From Eledone cirrhosa (Eukaryota), in NCBI GenBank assembly GCA_964016885.1, contig OZ024756.1:29574001-29638000 (forward strand): a DNA stretch of 64,000 nt, written 5' to 3'. Position numbers and translations under genes: made by a program. Position 1 is the first letter of the stretch. Every line of letters starts with the position of its first letter. Of this stretch, positions 14,329 through 28,345 are shown in pieces. The notes under the pieces are model-generated. The model searched no databases. It worked only from the letters and a program-made list of their open reading frames with translations, and was not told where the DNA came from.

Positions 14329-14607
14329 AAGTAGGTTTATAATTATTAATTTTCAATATACTTTCATAGCTGTCTCGGCGAGCTCAGTTGGAGGAATCAT
14401 AGATGGTCTGAAGTTCGATCCTGGTCGGGAGTAGAGTTCCCGGTAAACCTTTTCAGTTTTTTTCTATGGGATGTAAATTAAAAACTGAAAAAGATTACAT
14501 GTACCTCTTGACCAGGATTGAACCCAAGACCAGGATCTAGTACCTACCGCTAGGCAACTGAGACAGCTACGAAAATCTACTGAAAATTCATACTTATAAA
14601 CCTACTT
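14329..14607. mobile_element. Inverted-repeat element whose arms contain tRNA-like A/B boxes
   Basis: AAGTAGGTTTATAA...TAGCTGTCTCGG...AGCTCAGTTGG...GTTCGATCCTGGTC is mirrored by GACCAGGATTGAACC...CTGAGACAGCTA...TTATAAACCTACTT. Confidence 0.55.
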
Positions 14608-14739
14608 GCGATTTTTGTCAACTACTTTTAACTTCCGACGAATCACGCGCAGCTCATTAACAGTTATACACAGAAGACTTTCTTTCGAAATATGAAGGCC
14701 CAATGCATGTTTCAAGACTCAGCAACAGACCTGTTTTAT

Positions 14740-15010
14740 GTAAACTCAGGAAAGGAAGAGAATGTCGCTTCTGTTACTGCAAGCTATGAACTCAGCCGAA
14801 TGATCGCAATGAGTGGGAAATCTTACAGTGAAGGAGATTTTGTAAAGCAATATAAAAATAGCTGAAATTGTATGTCCAGAGAAAGCAGTTATTCAAAGAC
14901 ATTTCATTAACCAGGAACACTGTTGTTGAACAGATTGATCAAATGTTAGGTGATCTGGAACAACAGATGAAGGCTGTATCATCAAGGTTTGAACATTTTT
15001 CTATTGCTAT
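14740..15010 (+). pseudogene. Decayed hAT (Buster/SPIN, GTF2IRD2-like) transposase fragment
   Basis: Frameshifted translation ENVASVTASYELSRMIAMSGKSYSEGDFVKQY / IAEIVCPEKA / FKDISLTRNTVVEQIDQMLGDLEQQMKAVSSRFEHFSIAI matches the ASY..IA...K.(F/Y)SEG(D/E)FVK, CPEK and ISLSRxTV motifs of this group. Confidence 0.8.
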
Positions 15011-15624
15011 CCCTATACAATAAAACAACCTAAAAAAATCTATGAATTAAATAGAATAGCTGGAATCATGATAATCATCTACAGTTTATCACATTCAAGA
15101 ATATGATACAGTTTTTAAGAACACACGTTGAGTCAAAATTAACACAACCTTACACTCGGACAACATGATCGGTATTGGGTACAACTTCTTTCCTTGGACA
15201 TGCGTGCAGCAGCCAAACACCGCATCGCTGGAACTATGAAACACAGTTCCATGCAAGGATTTTTGGCTACTGATGTTAAGCTTTAGGATTATAATCTACA
15301 TTAGATTATAATCTACAAGTATAAAGAAAGAATTAAAGAAGAAAAAAAAGACTTATTATATTAAATGTTATCGATAATATCGAGTGGAAATAAGGGGTGG
15401 AGGCCTGCCAACCTCTAAAAACCCAAACGGGGACTCACCCACCTCAAAGTTCTGCAGTATCTATACACTGATCACTATTCTAATTATTCATCATCATAGT
15501 CATCACTATCACCATCACCACAACCATCATCATCACGACCATCATCATCACCAACATCACCACCACCGCTATCGTTAGTTAAAGACAAAAAGACAAACAG
15601 ATAGGTAGATATACAGACAGTCAA

Positions 15625-15655
<31 letters not shown>

Positions 15656-15656
15656 T

Positions 15657-16217
15657 ATTTCTTTATTAGCCACAGGGGCACAAAAGAAGGGGACAAATAC
15701 AAAGGGGGAAGTTTACATACAATAAAAACGTGTAAAATGTTATCACAGATGGAATTTAAAAGTTAGTCGATTTTCCCCAATAGAGGGAGACAGTTTATAT
15801 GGGTAACACATACCCCCGAAAAAAATGTGCAACCCTCATCTCCAGGAGTACGAAGAGCTTGTACTCCTTTCCTCTCCTCCTCCTTTTCCTCAATCTACAG
15901 GCTGATATAGAGAGAAGGCCCATTCACTTGGGCCATTCTCGCCACTTTCACCCACCTTTCATAAAACTTGCTGGGGTGCAGCACCTCTCTCTCCATCCTG
16001 ATTCTTCTTCCAAAGTGGTATTTGAAAAAAAGAATCAGTTGTTGGCCGGAGAGAAAGGTGTCTGACCTCAGCCCTTTCAACCTTGTCCACCATACAACCT
16101 CTTTCGCCATAGCTATCACACAAAGGAAAACCGCCTCTCCTTCGTTTTTGAAGGAGGGTGGCGGTTTGATCATGACAATGGACTCGGTGGTCAACTGGAT
16201 TGGTCCCACCCGCGACA

Positions 16218-16220
<3 letters not shown>
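15657..16220 (-). mobile_element. 5'-truncated L1/Tx1-like LINE copy in (GATA)n
   Basis: Nearly identical to 16749-17312; encodes the ORF2 C-terminus (...LLSRVGPIQLTTESI...VNGPSLYISL*). Confidence 0.85.
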
Positions 16221-16257
<37 letters not shown>

Positions 16258-16286
16258 GGCAGATAGATATCTTTCTTTCTTGAAAA

Positions 16287-16470
16287 TAATTGTCTCTACT
16301 TTTGGCACAAGGCCAGCAATTACCCCAGTGTATTTCTGATACTTTATTTTATCGACCCCGTAAGGATGAAAGGTAAAGTTAACCTCAGCGGGATTTGAAT
16401 TCAAAATGTAAAGCGCCGTAACTCTATGCTGCAAAGCATGGTGTTCTTCGACCCTCTACCGATACTGCCA
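16287..16470 (-). mobile_element. SINE family A
   Basis: Matches the family A consensus. Further copies at 19957-20131 (-), 20201-20308 (+), 33670-33803 (+), 35395-35570 (-), 35627-35733 (-), 52815-52920 (+), 63138-63293 (-) and a diverged copy at about 10505-10630 (-). Confidence 0.85.
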
Positions 16471-16748
16471 AGACAAACAGGCCGACAGATAGCTAGCTAG
16501 ATAGATATATTTCTTTATTTGTCACAAGGGCGTACAAGAAAAGGGGACAATACAAAGACACATGCCGGGGATTTTACATACAGTCGTGTAAAAATATTGA
16601 AACAAACAATTATAACAATCGAAATCCCCAATAGCGGGGAAGCGCCACAAATGGGTTGTTTAATACCCCGTCAATAGATAGATAGATAAATAGACATACA
16701 TACATACAGGCAGACCGACAGATAGACAACAGTTAGACAATCAGATAT

Positions 16749-17619
16749 ATTTCTTTATTAGCCACAGGGGCACAAAAGAAGGGGACAAATACAAAGGGGG
16801 AAGTTTACATACAATAAAAACGTGTAAAATGTTATCACAGATGGAATTTAAAAGTTAGTCGATTTTCCCCAATAGAGGGAGACAGTTTATATGGGTAACA
16901 CAGACCCCCGAAAAAAATGTGCAACCCTCATCTCCAGGAGTACGAAGAGCTTGTACTCCTTTCCTCTCCTCCTCCTTTTCCTCAACCTACAGGCTGATAT
17001 AGAGAGAAGGCCCATTCACTCGGGCCATTCTCGCCACTTTCACCCACCTTTCATAAAACTTGCTGGGGTACAGCACCTCTCTCTCCATCCTGATTCTTCT
17101 TCCAAAGTGGTATTTGAAAAAAAGAATCAGTTGTTGGCCGGAGAGAAAGGTGTCTGACCTCAGCCCTTTCAACCTTGTCCACCATACAACCTCTTTCGCC
17201 ATAGCTATCACACAAAGGAAAACCGCCTCTCCTTCGTTTTTGAAGGAGGGTGGCGGTTTGATCATGACAATGGACTCGGTGGTCAACTGGATTGGTCCCA
17301 CCCGCGACAATAGTCGTTCTACATAGCCCCACAGGTCAGTGACGCCCGGGCAGTGTATGAATGCGTGCGCGACGGTTTCTTCGTCTCGCACGCACCTCGG
17401 ACAGATCTTTTTTGCAGGGTCCCTGCCCGGGCGCCCATGTCTGTAGAGCTTGTCTCGAACTGGTAGAGCTCCTCGGTAGCACTGCCAGGCCAGGGACTTT
17501 TGGAAGTTGTCCATCGGTCCCGGGCGGAAGGTCCTACCGAACAGACTGGCCAGTTCATCTTCCTCCACGCCTAGAGTTTCACCGAGCGCGTCGTCGCACT
17601 TGCTGCGGACCAACCCCAA
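16749..17619 (-). mobile_element. 5'-truncated L1/Tx1-clade LINE; ORF2 C-terminal zf-RVT region (open frame 16987-17619)
   Basis: Uninterrupted 210-codon frame with LAWQCYRGALPVRDKL...CPRC..EETVAHAFIHCP (zf-RVT CCHC motif); 3' UTR ends AATAAAGAAATATATC followed by (TATC)n-like sequence. Confidence 0.85.
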
Positions 17620-18010
17620 TCAGATAAACAGGCAAACATAGATAGACAAACAGGCCGACAGATAGCTAGCTAGCTGGGTAGATAGATTAATAGACATTAC
17701 ATATAGATAGACAGACAGATAACAGTTAGACAATCAGATAGACAGGTAAACTGTCTGATAGCAGATAGAATAACAGGCACACAACCAACAGACAGACAGA
17801 CGGCTGGATTGATAGAAGACAGACAGTCTAATGGAAGGTAGAATCAGATGACATGCGTTTATTCTTGTATGTAAATGTGAAAATAATGGGAAAACAGAAA
17901 TAATAATAATAATAGGCAGGGGATGATTTATTCATCAGGTAAAGTTATTTGCGTGTGTTTACGGTAAAACGATCGATCATATATGTGTACGTACGTATGT
18001 ATGTATGCAT

Positions 18011-18077
<67 letters not shown>

Positions 18078-18748
18078 CACACACAAACACACACGTATAT
18101 ATATATATATATATAATTTTGCATTTGCATTCTTTATTCTATGTCCATACCTGCATTGTTTTGGCTTTATTATACATATACAAACGTTTATATATATATA
18201 AAATTATTTTATATATATATATATATTATAAAGAGTCGGGACCCCAACGGCTGAGCTCTTGCCGTTTCAACAACTAGTTCTATATATATAGATAATGTAG
18301 ATTATATGAGTTGATGATAAGTAATAAGTATTGAGTACACTAGTCAAACTAACCACAAAATAATTTATACAGTTAAAAAAAATTCTTACACATCTAGCCT
18401 TCCATAAATTTTAACGTTCTCCCTAAATTTGAAACTTATTTACGTTTTTCAAATTTTCGTATCTAATAACACGAGAACATGTGGTCGGTAAATAAATATC
18501 TTTCTTATATTATCTATTGATTCTGACACTTTTTCTGCAAAGAAAGTAAATGTTGACTCCTTTTATAGTTGGGACATATGTAAATCAATTAAATAATATA
18601 TTGAACCTTGGTGATTATTATTTTTTCCATATATATATATATATATAGAATGTCCCCCCAAAACGTATAGACACTTCAAAAGCATTCTAATAAATAATAT
18701 TGCTTGCCTGTACAGGTAATCAAAGAGTATATACATTTTTGGGGGCAC

Positions 18749-18801
<53 letters not shown>

Positions 18802-18917
18802 AACAAGACACACTGCATAAATATCGGCTGCAGGTGATTTTCATGGCATTCATTGCGCCCGCCACTCCACTATTTCTGCAGTTCCCAACAACTACTAAAT
18901 ATTTTAACAATCAATCG

Positions 18918-18975
18918 ATGCACCATCTATCGATTTCTTTCCTGCTTTCTTTCCTTCTCTCTTTTCTTTCACTCG
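18918..18975 (+). CDS. Possible first coding exon with a hydrophobic leader (MHHLSISFLLSFLLSFLSL+G)
   Basis: ATG at 18918, phase-1 donor G|GTAAGC, followed by a GC-rich stretch. The hydrophobicity may simply reflect CT-rich low complexity. Confidence 0.3.
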
Positions 18976-20413
18976 GTAAGCGGTGGCGGCGGCGGGTAGG
19001 AGGGAAGGGAGGGTGTGCTTTGCTTAAGTAAAAGTAGTAAATTGAAAAAAAAATGAACATCAGATGAGAAACTGGGTCACGAAATGACCTCCGCCGGCGC
19101 TACTATTAAGGACTACTTGGCTGCCACCTTGGGCGCACACCTCAGAGTGAAGCATTACTCACTGAACCTTTTAAAGGATCACAGTTTTATACATATTTGA
19201 ATAGTTATGTTCAATATATAATAATTTACTGCAACCAATGAATAAATCGCTGAACATCTTTGCCGTGTAGAAGCGTTGTGGAAAATATTCAAAGCACTAG
19301 AGACCAAGAGAAAGAGAGAGAGAGAGTGAAACAATTATGTAAAATCCCCCATTTTGCCTCATTTTTCCCCGTTTCGGAGCCCTTTTTTTCATGGTATTCC
19401 CCTTTTTGGGGTTTTTAGAGGTTGGTAGATCTGGACTTCGTAATTTTCTTAGCGTGGCACGAACAAGTAGTGTCAAAAACTAGGTTCACCAGCTTACCAA
19501 ACTGTAAGATGAAATAATTTTATTTTGAAAAATAACGTGAATAACTGGCGTGAATAGGAACGAAATTGTTGAGTTAGCCTAGGGTATTTAAAGGCCGAGA
19601 CACCGGCTCAGATGACAGTGTATGTGTGTTGGTGTGTAGTGTGTTAGTATCTGTGGTGTGTGGTGTGTGGTGTGTGCGTGGTTTGTGTGTATGATGTGTG
19701 TGTTTAGTGTCTGTATATTGGTGTGTGAGTATGTGGTGTATGTCGGAGTGAGGTATGTAGGTTGTGTAGTTTGTGTGGGTGAATGTGTAGCAAGTGTATG
19801 TTGATGTGGTGTATTGGTGTATATAGTGTGTTAGTGTATATATATATATATATGTGTGTGTGTGTACACATACATTCACACACACATATATATATGTATG
19901 TGTGTGAGTGTGTATATAAGAATGTATGGTTGTGTGCATGTATGTGTGTGTATAATATAATTGTTTCTACTTTTGGCACAAGACCAGCAATTACCCAGTG
20001 CATTACTGGTACTTTATTTTATCGACCCCGTAAGGATGAAAGGCAAAGTTAACCTCGGCGAGATTTGAACTCAGACCACAAAGGGCCATAACTCTTTGCT
20101 GCAAAGCACGTTGTCCGACCCTCTACTGATACAAGCTCGTTAGCCTTTCAACCAGTCTACATAACAGTTAAATCTCGAAGCATCAACCCTTTTCACCTCA
20201 TGGATTGGCAGTATCGGTAGAGAGTCGGACACCATGCTTTGCAGCATAGTTACGGCCCTTTAAGGTCTGAGTTCAAATCCCACCGAGGTTAACTTTGCCT
20301 TTCATCCGTTTCGTTTCGTTCCCTACAGATCTCTTCGTTTCATTTCAGATTTCATTTCCAACTTACATATACAACAGAAATGTCTTTTCTAGATACAGGT
20401 ATTTAGCAATCAT

Positions 20414-20608
20414 AGACCTGTCGACTCTCCCCGTCCAACGAGGAGATCTCTCACCCACTTTGGGGTGGGTGAAAGATGTCTTCTCTTGTGAAAATGGGTA
20501 TAGTTTTCATTATGTAAAATCTCCCCATTTTGCTTAATTTCTCACCGTTTTGGGGCACTTCTTTTCATGGTACTTCCCCGTTTGGGTTTTTAGAGGTTGA
20601 TAGGTCTG
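20414..20608. mobile_element. MITE (family G) with AGACCTGTC(A/G)ACTCT / AGAGGTTGATAGGTCT termini
   Basis: Imperfect TIRs. The copy at 61271-61635 is split by a SINE A insertion; partial copies at about 19338-19433 and 15400-15450. Confidence 0.6.
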
Positions 20609-20999
20609 CAATCATGAGACTCTAAGTTCGATCCCATTGCGTGATGACATCTTCAGCAAGAGTCGACCTAAGCCTTGTGAGTGGAAATCGGGTTGACGGA
20701 AGCTGTTAAGAAACCCGTAGGATGGACTGTAATCGTTATTCATACAGACTGTACTTCGTCTTTTCATAGTGCTGTGCCGAATCTTAAGGTTCTGAGTTCG
20801 ATACCACTGTACGCTATCTTAGATAAGTTAAGTTGTCTTTTACCATATACTCAAGTCGATCCAAACCTTATCGATACTGACAGAGGTCTATTTACTTTAT
20901 TTTAACCCTTTTGGTAGCAAACAATCTGAAACCGTCCCTGGTTCTATGATACAAAACTGTTTGTTTTCATAATGTTTATATCTTCTTCTTCCACGTATT

Positions 21000-21235
21000 C
21001 TTAAGAGGGTCATGGGAGCAGAGTCCTCAAACATTCCTCCAAGCCGGTCCTGTCAGAAGCAACCGTCTCCAACTGATCCGACTGGATCCCCAAGCAAGAC
21101 CAGCCAAGCTCATGGATGATATCCAAACATCTTGCTCGGTATTTACCCTTGGGTTTTCTGCCAGTTAGTTTTGCCCGTAAAATCTGTCCAGCGATTCTTT
21201 CCTGGGGCATTCTAACCACATGCTCATAGTATCGG
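21000..21235 (-). mobile_element. RTE-clade LINE ORF2 C-terminal fragment
   Basis: HVVRMPQERIAGQILRAKLTGRKPKGKYRARCLD resembles the RTE GHxxRM...GxRxRGRPxxRW motif. Confidence 0.7.
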
Positions 21236-21787
21236 TTTATATTTATCTAAAACAAACTTTCAAACATAATTTTATGTAAGAACCTTTCTTAACTTATGTT
21301 CCAAACACCAACTTAATAAAGAGAAAGTTATATTTATTACCAAATCTTTCTAAATTCTTGTTTAGAGATTATTTGAATATCATAGAATGTGTTTTCATAA
21401 AATATGACCAGAAGCTGACTAAGTCTTAAAACTTGGCGACACTAAGAGATTGATAGGAGCAACAGGTGTGTTTTAACTGCTCACCTAAGGCCCGTTCCAA
21501 TTTTGTTTCCTTGTTTGTGCAACAAGTCTCACTTCAGTTTTTCGTGACATTTTTGCATGTTTCTGTTTTCGTCTTCTTTCTCTTTTGGTACACCTAGCCC
21601 TGCAGTCCATCAGGTATTGTCCAAATAGCAATTTCCCTTCTGAATATCCTTACGAAAGGATTTCAATATTGTAAAGGTCAGAAAAGAAATAAGATATAAA
21701 AATAATGTTAACAGGCAAATATTGCTGTTAAAAATTCATATTTAAAAATCGAACTTTCAGTCAAAACATTTCATTGAAAAAAAAAAT

Positions 21788-21840
<53 letters not shown>

Positions 21841-22340
21841 AAAATGAATAAGAAAAATTGAATTCGAATCAACGAAAAAATATATATATTCAAGTACAAA
21901 TTAAATTATTTTCAAATATCTCTTTTAGATTCTGTCTACTGTTCTTGCCTTCGAGGTGTGAAATATTAAACTAAATGTTTGAAATGTTAAACTAAAAGCA
22001 AAAAAAAAAAAGACTCTGGGAAAAAAATATTCAATCAAAATTTTATCTGTGAAAGATTATTTTTTATATTTGATTGTTATGTGATATATATTCTATTGTA
22101 TATATTTATTCCTTTGGCCATTTATTTCATTGACTTATTTCACTAAATCAAAGAAATATTTCAAGTTTATATATATATATATTGCTATAGCGGTTTTATC
22201 CCGCCAAATTCATCTTCATGCATACACACATACATAATAGCCTCTTCTTCAAATCTATTCTCCATGCCCCTGGTTGTGATATATTCAAACACACATATAA
22301 TATATATTTATATATATATACATACATACACACACACACA

Positions 22341-22446
<106 letters not shown>

Positions 22447-22610
22447 CATACATACACACACACATATATATATATGCAGAAGTTATATTTAATTTGTTGG
22501 GATTCCAACAAGCTTAAAAGTTTATAACTGATATAAAGTACTCAATAATTTACTGGAGTAAATATTCAATATATTAATAAATGGAAACTATATTTATAAA
22601 ACCATAATTT

Positions 22611-22671
22611 TTTTATTATATATATTTCAAGGGCTACCAAGGCAGTCTTGGTGCGCTTTCATCAGATAAAA
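22611..22671 (-). ncRNA. Type I minimal hammerhead ribozyme motif
   Basis: Minus strand: TTTTAT-CTGATGA-AAGCGCACCAAG(ACTGC)CTTGGTAGCCCTT-GAAA-TATATA-TA-ATAAAA. Stem I 6 bp, long stem II, palindromic stem III, AUA triplet. Confidence 0.8.
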
Positions 22672-22743
22672 TACAAGATTTGTTTTATAAATATTGACAT
22701 AACCGTGGAAAAACAACCTTGACGGTTGAAAGTTCGCTGGATA

Positions 22744-22823
<80 letters not shown>

Positions 22824-22874
22824 TGTCGCCCATTACCCCTCTATTTTCAATTTATCTATCTACCCATCTATCAA

Positions 22875-23196
22875 TTTACTGAAAGGTGGGTGAATGTGGC
22901 GAAAATGGTCAGAGTGAACGGGTCTTCTCTGTATATAAACCTGTAGGTTGAAGAAGACAAAAAAAAAGAGGGGAAACAGGAGCACTTACAAAACATGCTC
23001 CTAGTGTTGAGGGGTTGTTCTTATCTACGGGGTGTAAAATAAATCCGCAGTAACGTTCCGCACCCCTATTGGGGATTCCGATTGTACATTTCTTTTTATA
23101 ACTGTTAAAATATGTTTACACGATTATTTGTAAAAAAAACCCACGTCTTGTAATGTCCCATTTCTTGTGCGCCCTTGTGGCAAATAAAGAAATATA
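22875..23196 (+). mobile_element. Diverged sister subfamily of the L1/Tx1-like LINE (3' end) in (TATC)n
   Basis: FTERWVNVAKMVRVNGSSLYINL* versus FYERWVKVARMARVNGPSLYISL*; ends AATAAAGAAATAT. A related 3' end lies at 16508-16675 (-). Confidence 0.8.
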
Positions 23197-23752
23197 TTAA
23201 TTTACTATCTGTCTATCTACCTGCCTATCAGTTTATCTATCTATCTAACAATCAATTTATCTATCTATCTATATATCTATCAATATAATCATTTTATCTA
23301 TCAGAATTTCTATCGACATGTCTGTCTGGCATCAACAACATATTTTCCCTCCAATTCTCACTTCATAGCTATTAATACAGTATCAATACTATCTGTCACC
23401 ATTTCTTCCTCTTTTATTTCCTTCACCTTCTCCTAAAATCACTTAAAGAATGAGTGTGTGTATTGTCTCACACATACATTCTCTTTCACTGTCTGAGAGA
23501 GACACACACATACATACATACATACTACACGTTCACACACGTACTCACTGCCTCCTCTGTCTTCTTTTGCTCGTTACCTTCTCCTGTTTCACACACACAC
23601 ACAGATACATACATATACTTTCTCTCACATACATACATTTCGTCTCACATACATACACTCCCTCTCTCTCACAGACTAGCTCTCTTTCTATCTTCCTCGC
23701 CTCCCCTTCTTTGTCACCTTTCACAGCCCCAACACCTTCTACTCCCTTTTCG

Positions 23753-23784
<32 letters not shown>

Positions 23785-26278
23785 TTCCCTCACCTTCTCC
23801 CCAGTTTCACAGTCACTACACCTCCCCTTTTCGTCTTCTCTCTCTCTCTTCATTTCGCTTTAAAATTCATTTCTCTTTAAACTTGTACATTTAATACCTC
23901 CCACCACCATCTTCTCACTTCTCACTCTCACCCTCTCTAACTATCCTTCTTTCTCTATTGCCTTCTCCCTCTCTTTCGACTCACTTTTTCTTTACCCTCT
24001 CCTCTCTTACTCTCAACTTTCTCTCTCTTTGTCTCACCTGTCAGTTATATTCCTCTTACACCCCCTGAGATGTGTATGGATATATATTTATATACACATG
24101 TATGTAAACAACATGCACTTAGAAGCCATTCACCCATATACACACACATGCACACACACATATACATACACACATACATATATACATACAGATGCATTAA
24201 TTCAAAAGCCATCACATAAATACTACAAACGTATACATGCATATAGACATACATATATATACACACACACACATATATTTGTATATATATATACACACAC
24301 ACATACATATATATTTGAATATATCTATATCACTTACTACACACACCTATATATATATCACATACTACACACACCTTAATATATATATGCATGCATGCAA
24401 ACATACATTCATACGCAAGTCTCTCACACTATACACACATATATATACATACATATACACATACATATACATCACAACACAAACAAACCATTCTACGTAT
24501 GTATACCATAATAACGAATTCTACCGTTCTTAGTTTGGTTGGCCCACCTCACACTCACGTTCCTTTACTCACTCTCTCTCTCCCTCTTCCTCACTCTCTC
24601 CCCTAACAGAACAGGTTTTTAAGTCTTTATAACAACTACTCACACCATTACTCTCTCTATCTCTGTCTCTCACTCTCTCTCTGTCTATCTCTGCTTGCCT
24701 GTCTGTCTGTCTGTCTATCTCTGTTTGGCTGTCTGTCTGTCTGCTTGTCTAATTTTCTCAAACTCTAGTTATTTGATCAGTTCCAGCTGGAAGGAAACAA
24801 GGTGTTAGCGTTTCTCTACCATTTCTTCTTCACCAACAACATCAACACAAGCACCATCATCACCACCACCATCACCACCAACATCAACACCATCTCCATC
24901 ATCATCACCAACATCTACATGATCTTTTTGTGAAAGGAACCCGTTGTGACTACTACTGCTGCTGCTACCACCACCACCACGACTAGTTAGTTATTTAGTC
25001 AGTAATGTTGTTGTTATTGACTGGCTCCTGGTTACCAGGTAGTCAGTTTTTCCGGATTAATTAAGACATACCTATACGTGATCAAAGGTGTTCGTTCGGA
25101 CCGCTATTGAGCAGACATATGACGTTCCAGTCATGGCCATCTATTCTTTTTATTATATTTTGTTTTTTATACATCTCTGGATTACATTTTCTACTGTACC
25201 ACCTTACTTTCCTACCACTTAAAAACAACAACAATATGTGACGGAAGAATCTCATTTGAAGAAATTCTTGCTGCTATTTCTAGCAGGTCTTAGTTGTTCC
25301 TGTAGAAACCGCTTCCTCGTTGGTTCGTAAACAACAGAGTTAATAGGTAATAGTTATAATAGTAGTAGTGGTGTGTGTAGTTATGTTGGTAGTAATAGTA
25401 CTAGTGATAGTAGGTGATGGTGCTAAAGTTATGCTAACTACTTATCTAAAACATGATAGTCTCGGGAGGGTATCCGACGCACAACACACACACACACATA
25501 TATATATATACACGTATATACACACTACCTTGGCAGCACGGCTTCCTCCACCGTCGGAATACCAACGGATCTATATCTCTCTCGTTTAGCATGTTTGTCT
25601 GTCTGTCTGTCTGTCTTGTTCAATTATCTTTATAATCTCACAACAGTAACTGTGAAAGAAGATATTCTTCACCAAAGCTGGCTGACTTTAGAATCTGATT
25701 CCATGGGAAATTGCTGAAAATTAGGGTAGGTACATGTGTTCAGGTATGTATGTGTATATATATATATATATGAAAATGTTCAAGACCCCGACGGCAGAGT
25801 TCTGGACTGTCCAGAAATAGCCGTCGAAACGGCTTCAGCTCTGCCATCGGGGTCTTGAACATTTTCATATTACCCACTCTACTACCCAAAGTATTGAGTA
25901 CTCTGGTGCGTTATGGTCCACCTAGTACCTTACCACAATATGTGTGTGTGTATATGAGTGTGATATGTGTGTGTACATATACATGTAAATACCTGTATAT
26001 ACATATTTATATATGTATATATACATATTTATGTGTTATATATATATATATAAATACATAAGTGCATACCAATACATATACAGGGTGTACCAAAAATATA
26101 TACACACTTTGATTACCTGTACAGGTAATATTTCTTAGAATGGTGTTTAAGTGTGTATACATTTTTGGGACACACTCTCAAATATATATATACATACACA
26201 CATACTAGGTATTTTAATGGGGAAGTAGTTAGGTATACATACATAACTGAACAGAACAACAGCAATTAATTAGCTCCT

Positions 26279-26309
<31 letters not shown>

Positions 26310-26324
26310 CACACACACACACAC

Positions 26325-26401
<77 letters not shown>

Positions 26402-26956
26402 CATACATACATGCATACATATACACGTAATATAACGGACAGATACAATATAATATAACACATACATACACATACACATGATATAACACACAAATATGCG
26501 TATATACTACACCTTAATATAATATAACATTCATATATGCACATATATACATATGTAAAATAACACACACATATATATACATATATAACACATATATGCA
26601 CATATATACATAAGCAAAATAACACACACACACATATACATATATAACACACACACATATGCATATATATATATATAATATATATACACAATATAATATA
26701 ACACATATGCACACACATACACACACATATATATATATATATATATACATACACACACATATATATATATATATATATACATGTATATATATACATACAC
26801 ACCCACCTGACTGCTGCAAACAGGAAACGTAAATATCAACAAGCAGAAGCCATGTGTTCGGTTGTAATAACATGTGGAGAAATATTTCTCTCATTTTCAT
26901 TTATCACTTCACCCACAGAGCTAACGACGACTACATACACACACACACACACACGT

Positions 26957-27025
<69 letters not shown>

Positions 27026-27039
27026 GGGGCTGCATAAAT

Positions 27040-27470
27040 CTAGGGCGGGTAAAATTCCCGAGATCCATGGACGAGTCTTCTCCAGCGGTCTCTGTCCTTC
27101 ATCGCCGCGATGTCCCGCGTCTCCCAAAGACCAGTGTCTGTCCTTAGGGCATCAATATAAGTCAACCTCGGTCTCCTTCTTCTAGTGTGTCCGTGTAGGG
27201 GCTCTCACGGGAGCACTGAGTGCAGAGTCAACTCTGAATGTCGGTGAGCATGTCCAGCTAACCGCAGTCTCCTCTGTGTTACTTTCGAGCTGACTTTTGG
27301 GAGGCTCCCGTACAGATCTCAGTTCTTCATCCTCAGTGTATACTGATTAATATTCAGAGCCATCCTCAGCATTCTCGTGTAGCACCCATCCAACTTCTGA
27401 GTCAGTTTCTTGGTCAGTGCCCAAGTCTCAGACCCGTACAGTAGTTCTGGCTCCACTACAGCAACGAAGG
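27040..27470 (-). mobile_element. RTE-type LINE 3' fragment
   Basis: FVAVVEPELLYGSETWALTKKLTQKLDGCYTRMLRM...RRPRLTYIDALRTDTGL...DRDRWRRLV. Confidence 0.85.
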
Positions 27471-27682
27471 TCCCACTTCCACGCAGATCTCAAACAGCAT
27501 ATTAGAATGGAGGTGGTAAAAACCAGTTAGACCATCACTCACCAGAGTACTCGATACTTGGGGTAGTAGAGTGGTTAACATGAAAAATTCGGGACCCCGA
27601 CGGCTGAGCTTTTGCCGTTTCAACAGTTCGGATCTAGCTGTTGAAACGGCAGGAGCTCAGCCGTCATGGTCCCGAACTTTTC

Positions 27683-27763
<81 letters not shown>

Positions 27764-28044
27764 ATATGTATGGTAATATTCTCTCTATTAATATATATAT
27801 GTTTGTGTATATATATATATATACACTCTAGACGGCAGTCCCAGATATAGACAGACAGATAGATGCTAGATAAACACACACACACATATATATATATACT
27901 GACAGAGAGGAAGAGTAGATTGAGTATGGATTAGATAAATATATATCGATTGGTAAATGTGTAAAGGGAGAGATAGTTAACAAAATAGGTAAGTAGATAG
28001 ACTGAGCTAGGTATATAGATGTGCAGAGAAGTATATATATATAT

Positions 28045-28345
28045 AGAAACAAGTAGGACCCCGACGGCTGAGCTCAAGCCGTTTCGACGGCTAATTCTGT
28101 CTGTCTATAGTCAATATACCCATCTATATGTCTATTTTTATACCTATTTATATAATTATTTATATACATATCTATATGTTTATATCCAATATACCTATGT
28201 CTGAGTCCAGAATTAGCCGTCGAAACGGCTTGAGCTCAGCCGTCGGGGTCCTACTTGTTCCTATTACCCACTCTACTACCCTAAATATTGAGTACTTTGG
28301 TGCGTTATGGTCCATCTGGTTCCTTACCACATTTCTTTCGTTATA
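28045..28345 (+). mobile_element. Family D element with inverted 5' arm and a captured spacer
   Basis: Inverted arms at 28047-28098 and 28203-28260; TTGAGTACT at 28288; ends in (TA)n. Confidence 0.75.

Noticed and set aside
24769-25038. His-rich reading frame after an acceptor-like site
   Set aside because: (CAT/CAC)n low complexity with stops in all frames; no coding support.
26807-26900. Minus-strand ATG-to-GT phase-1 exon MKMREIFLHMLLQPNTWLLLVDIYVSCLQQS
   Set aside because: The hydrophobic core is broken by Q/P/N/D, the donor GTGGGT is weaker, and the segment is a short island between microsatellites like the mobile remnants; insufficient support.
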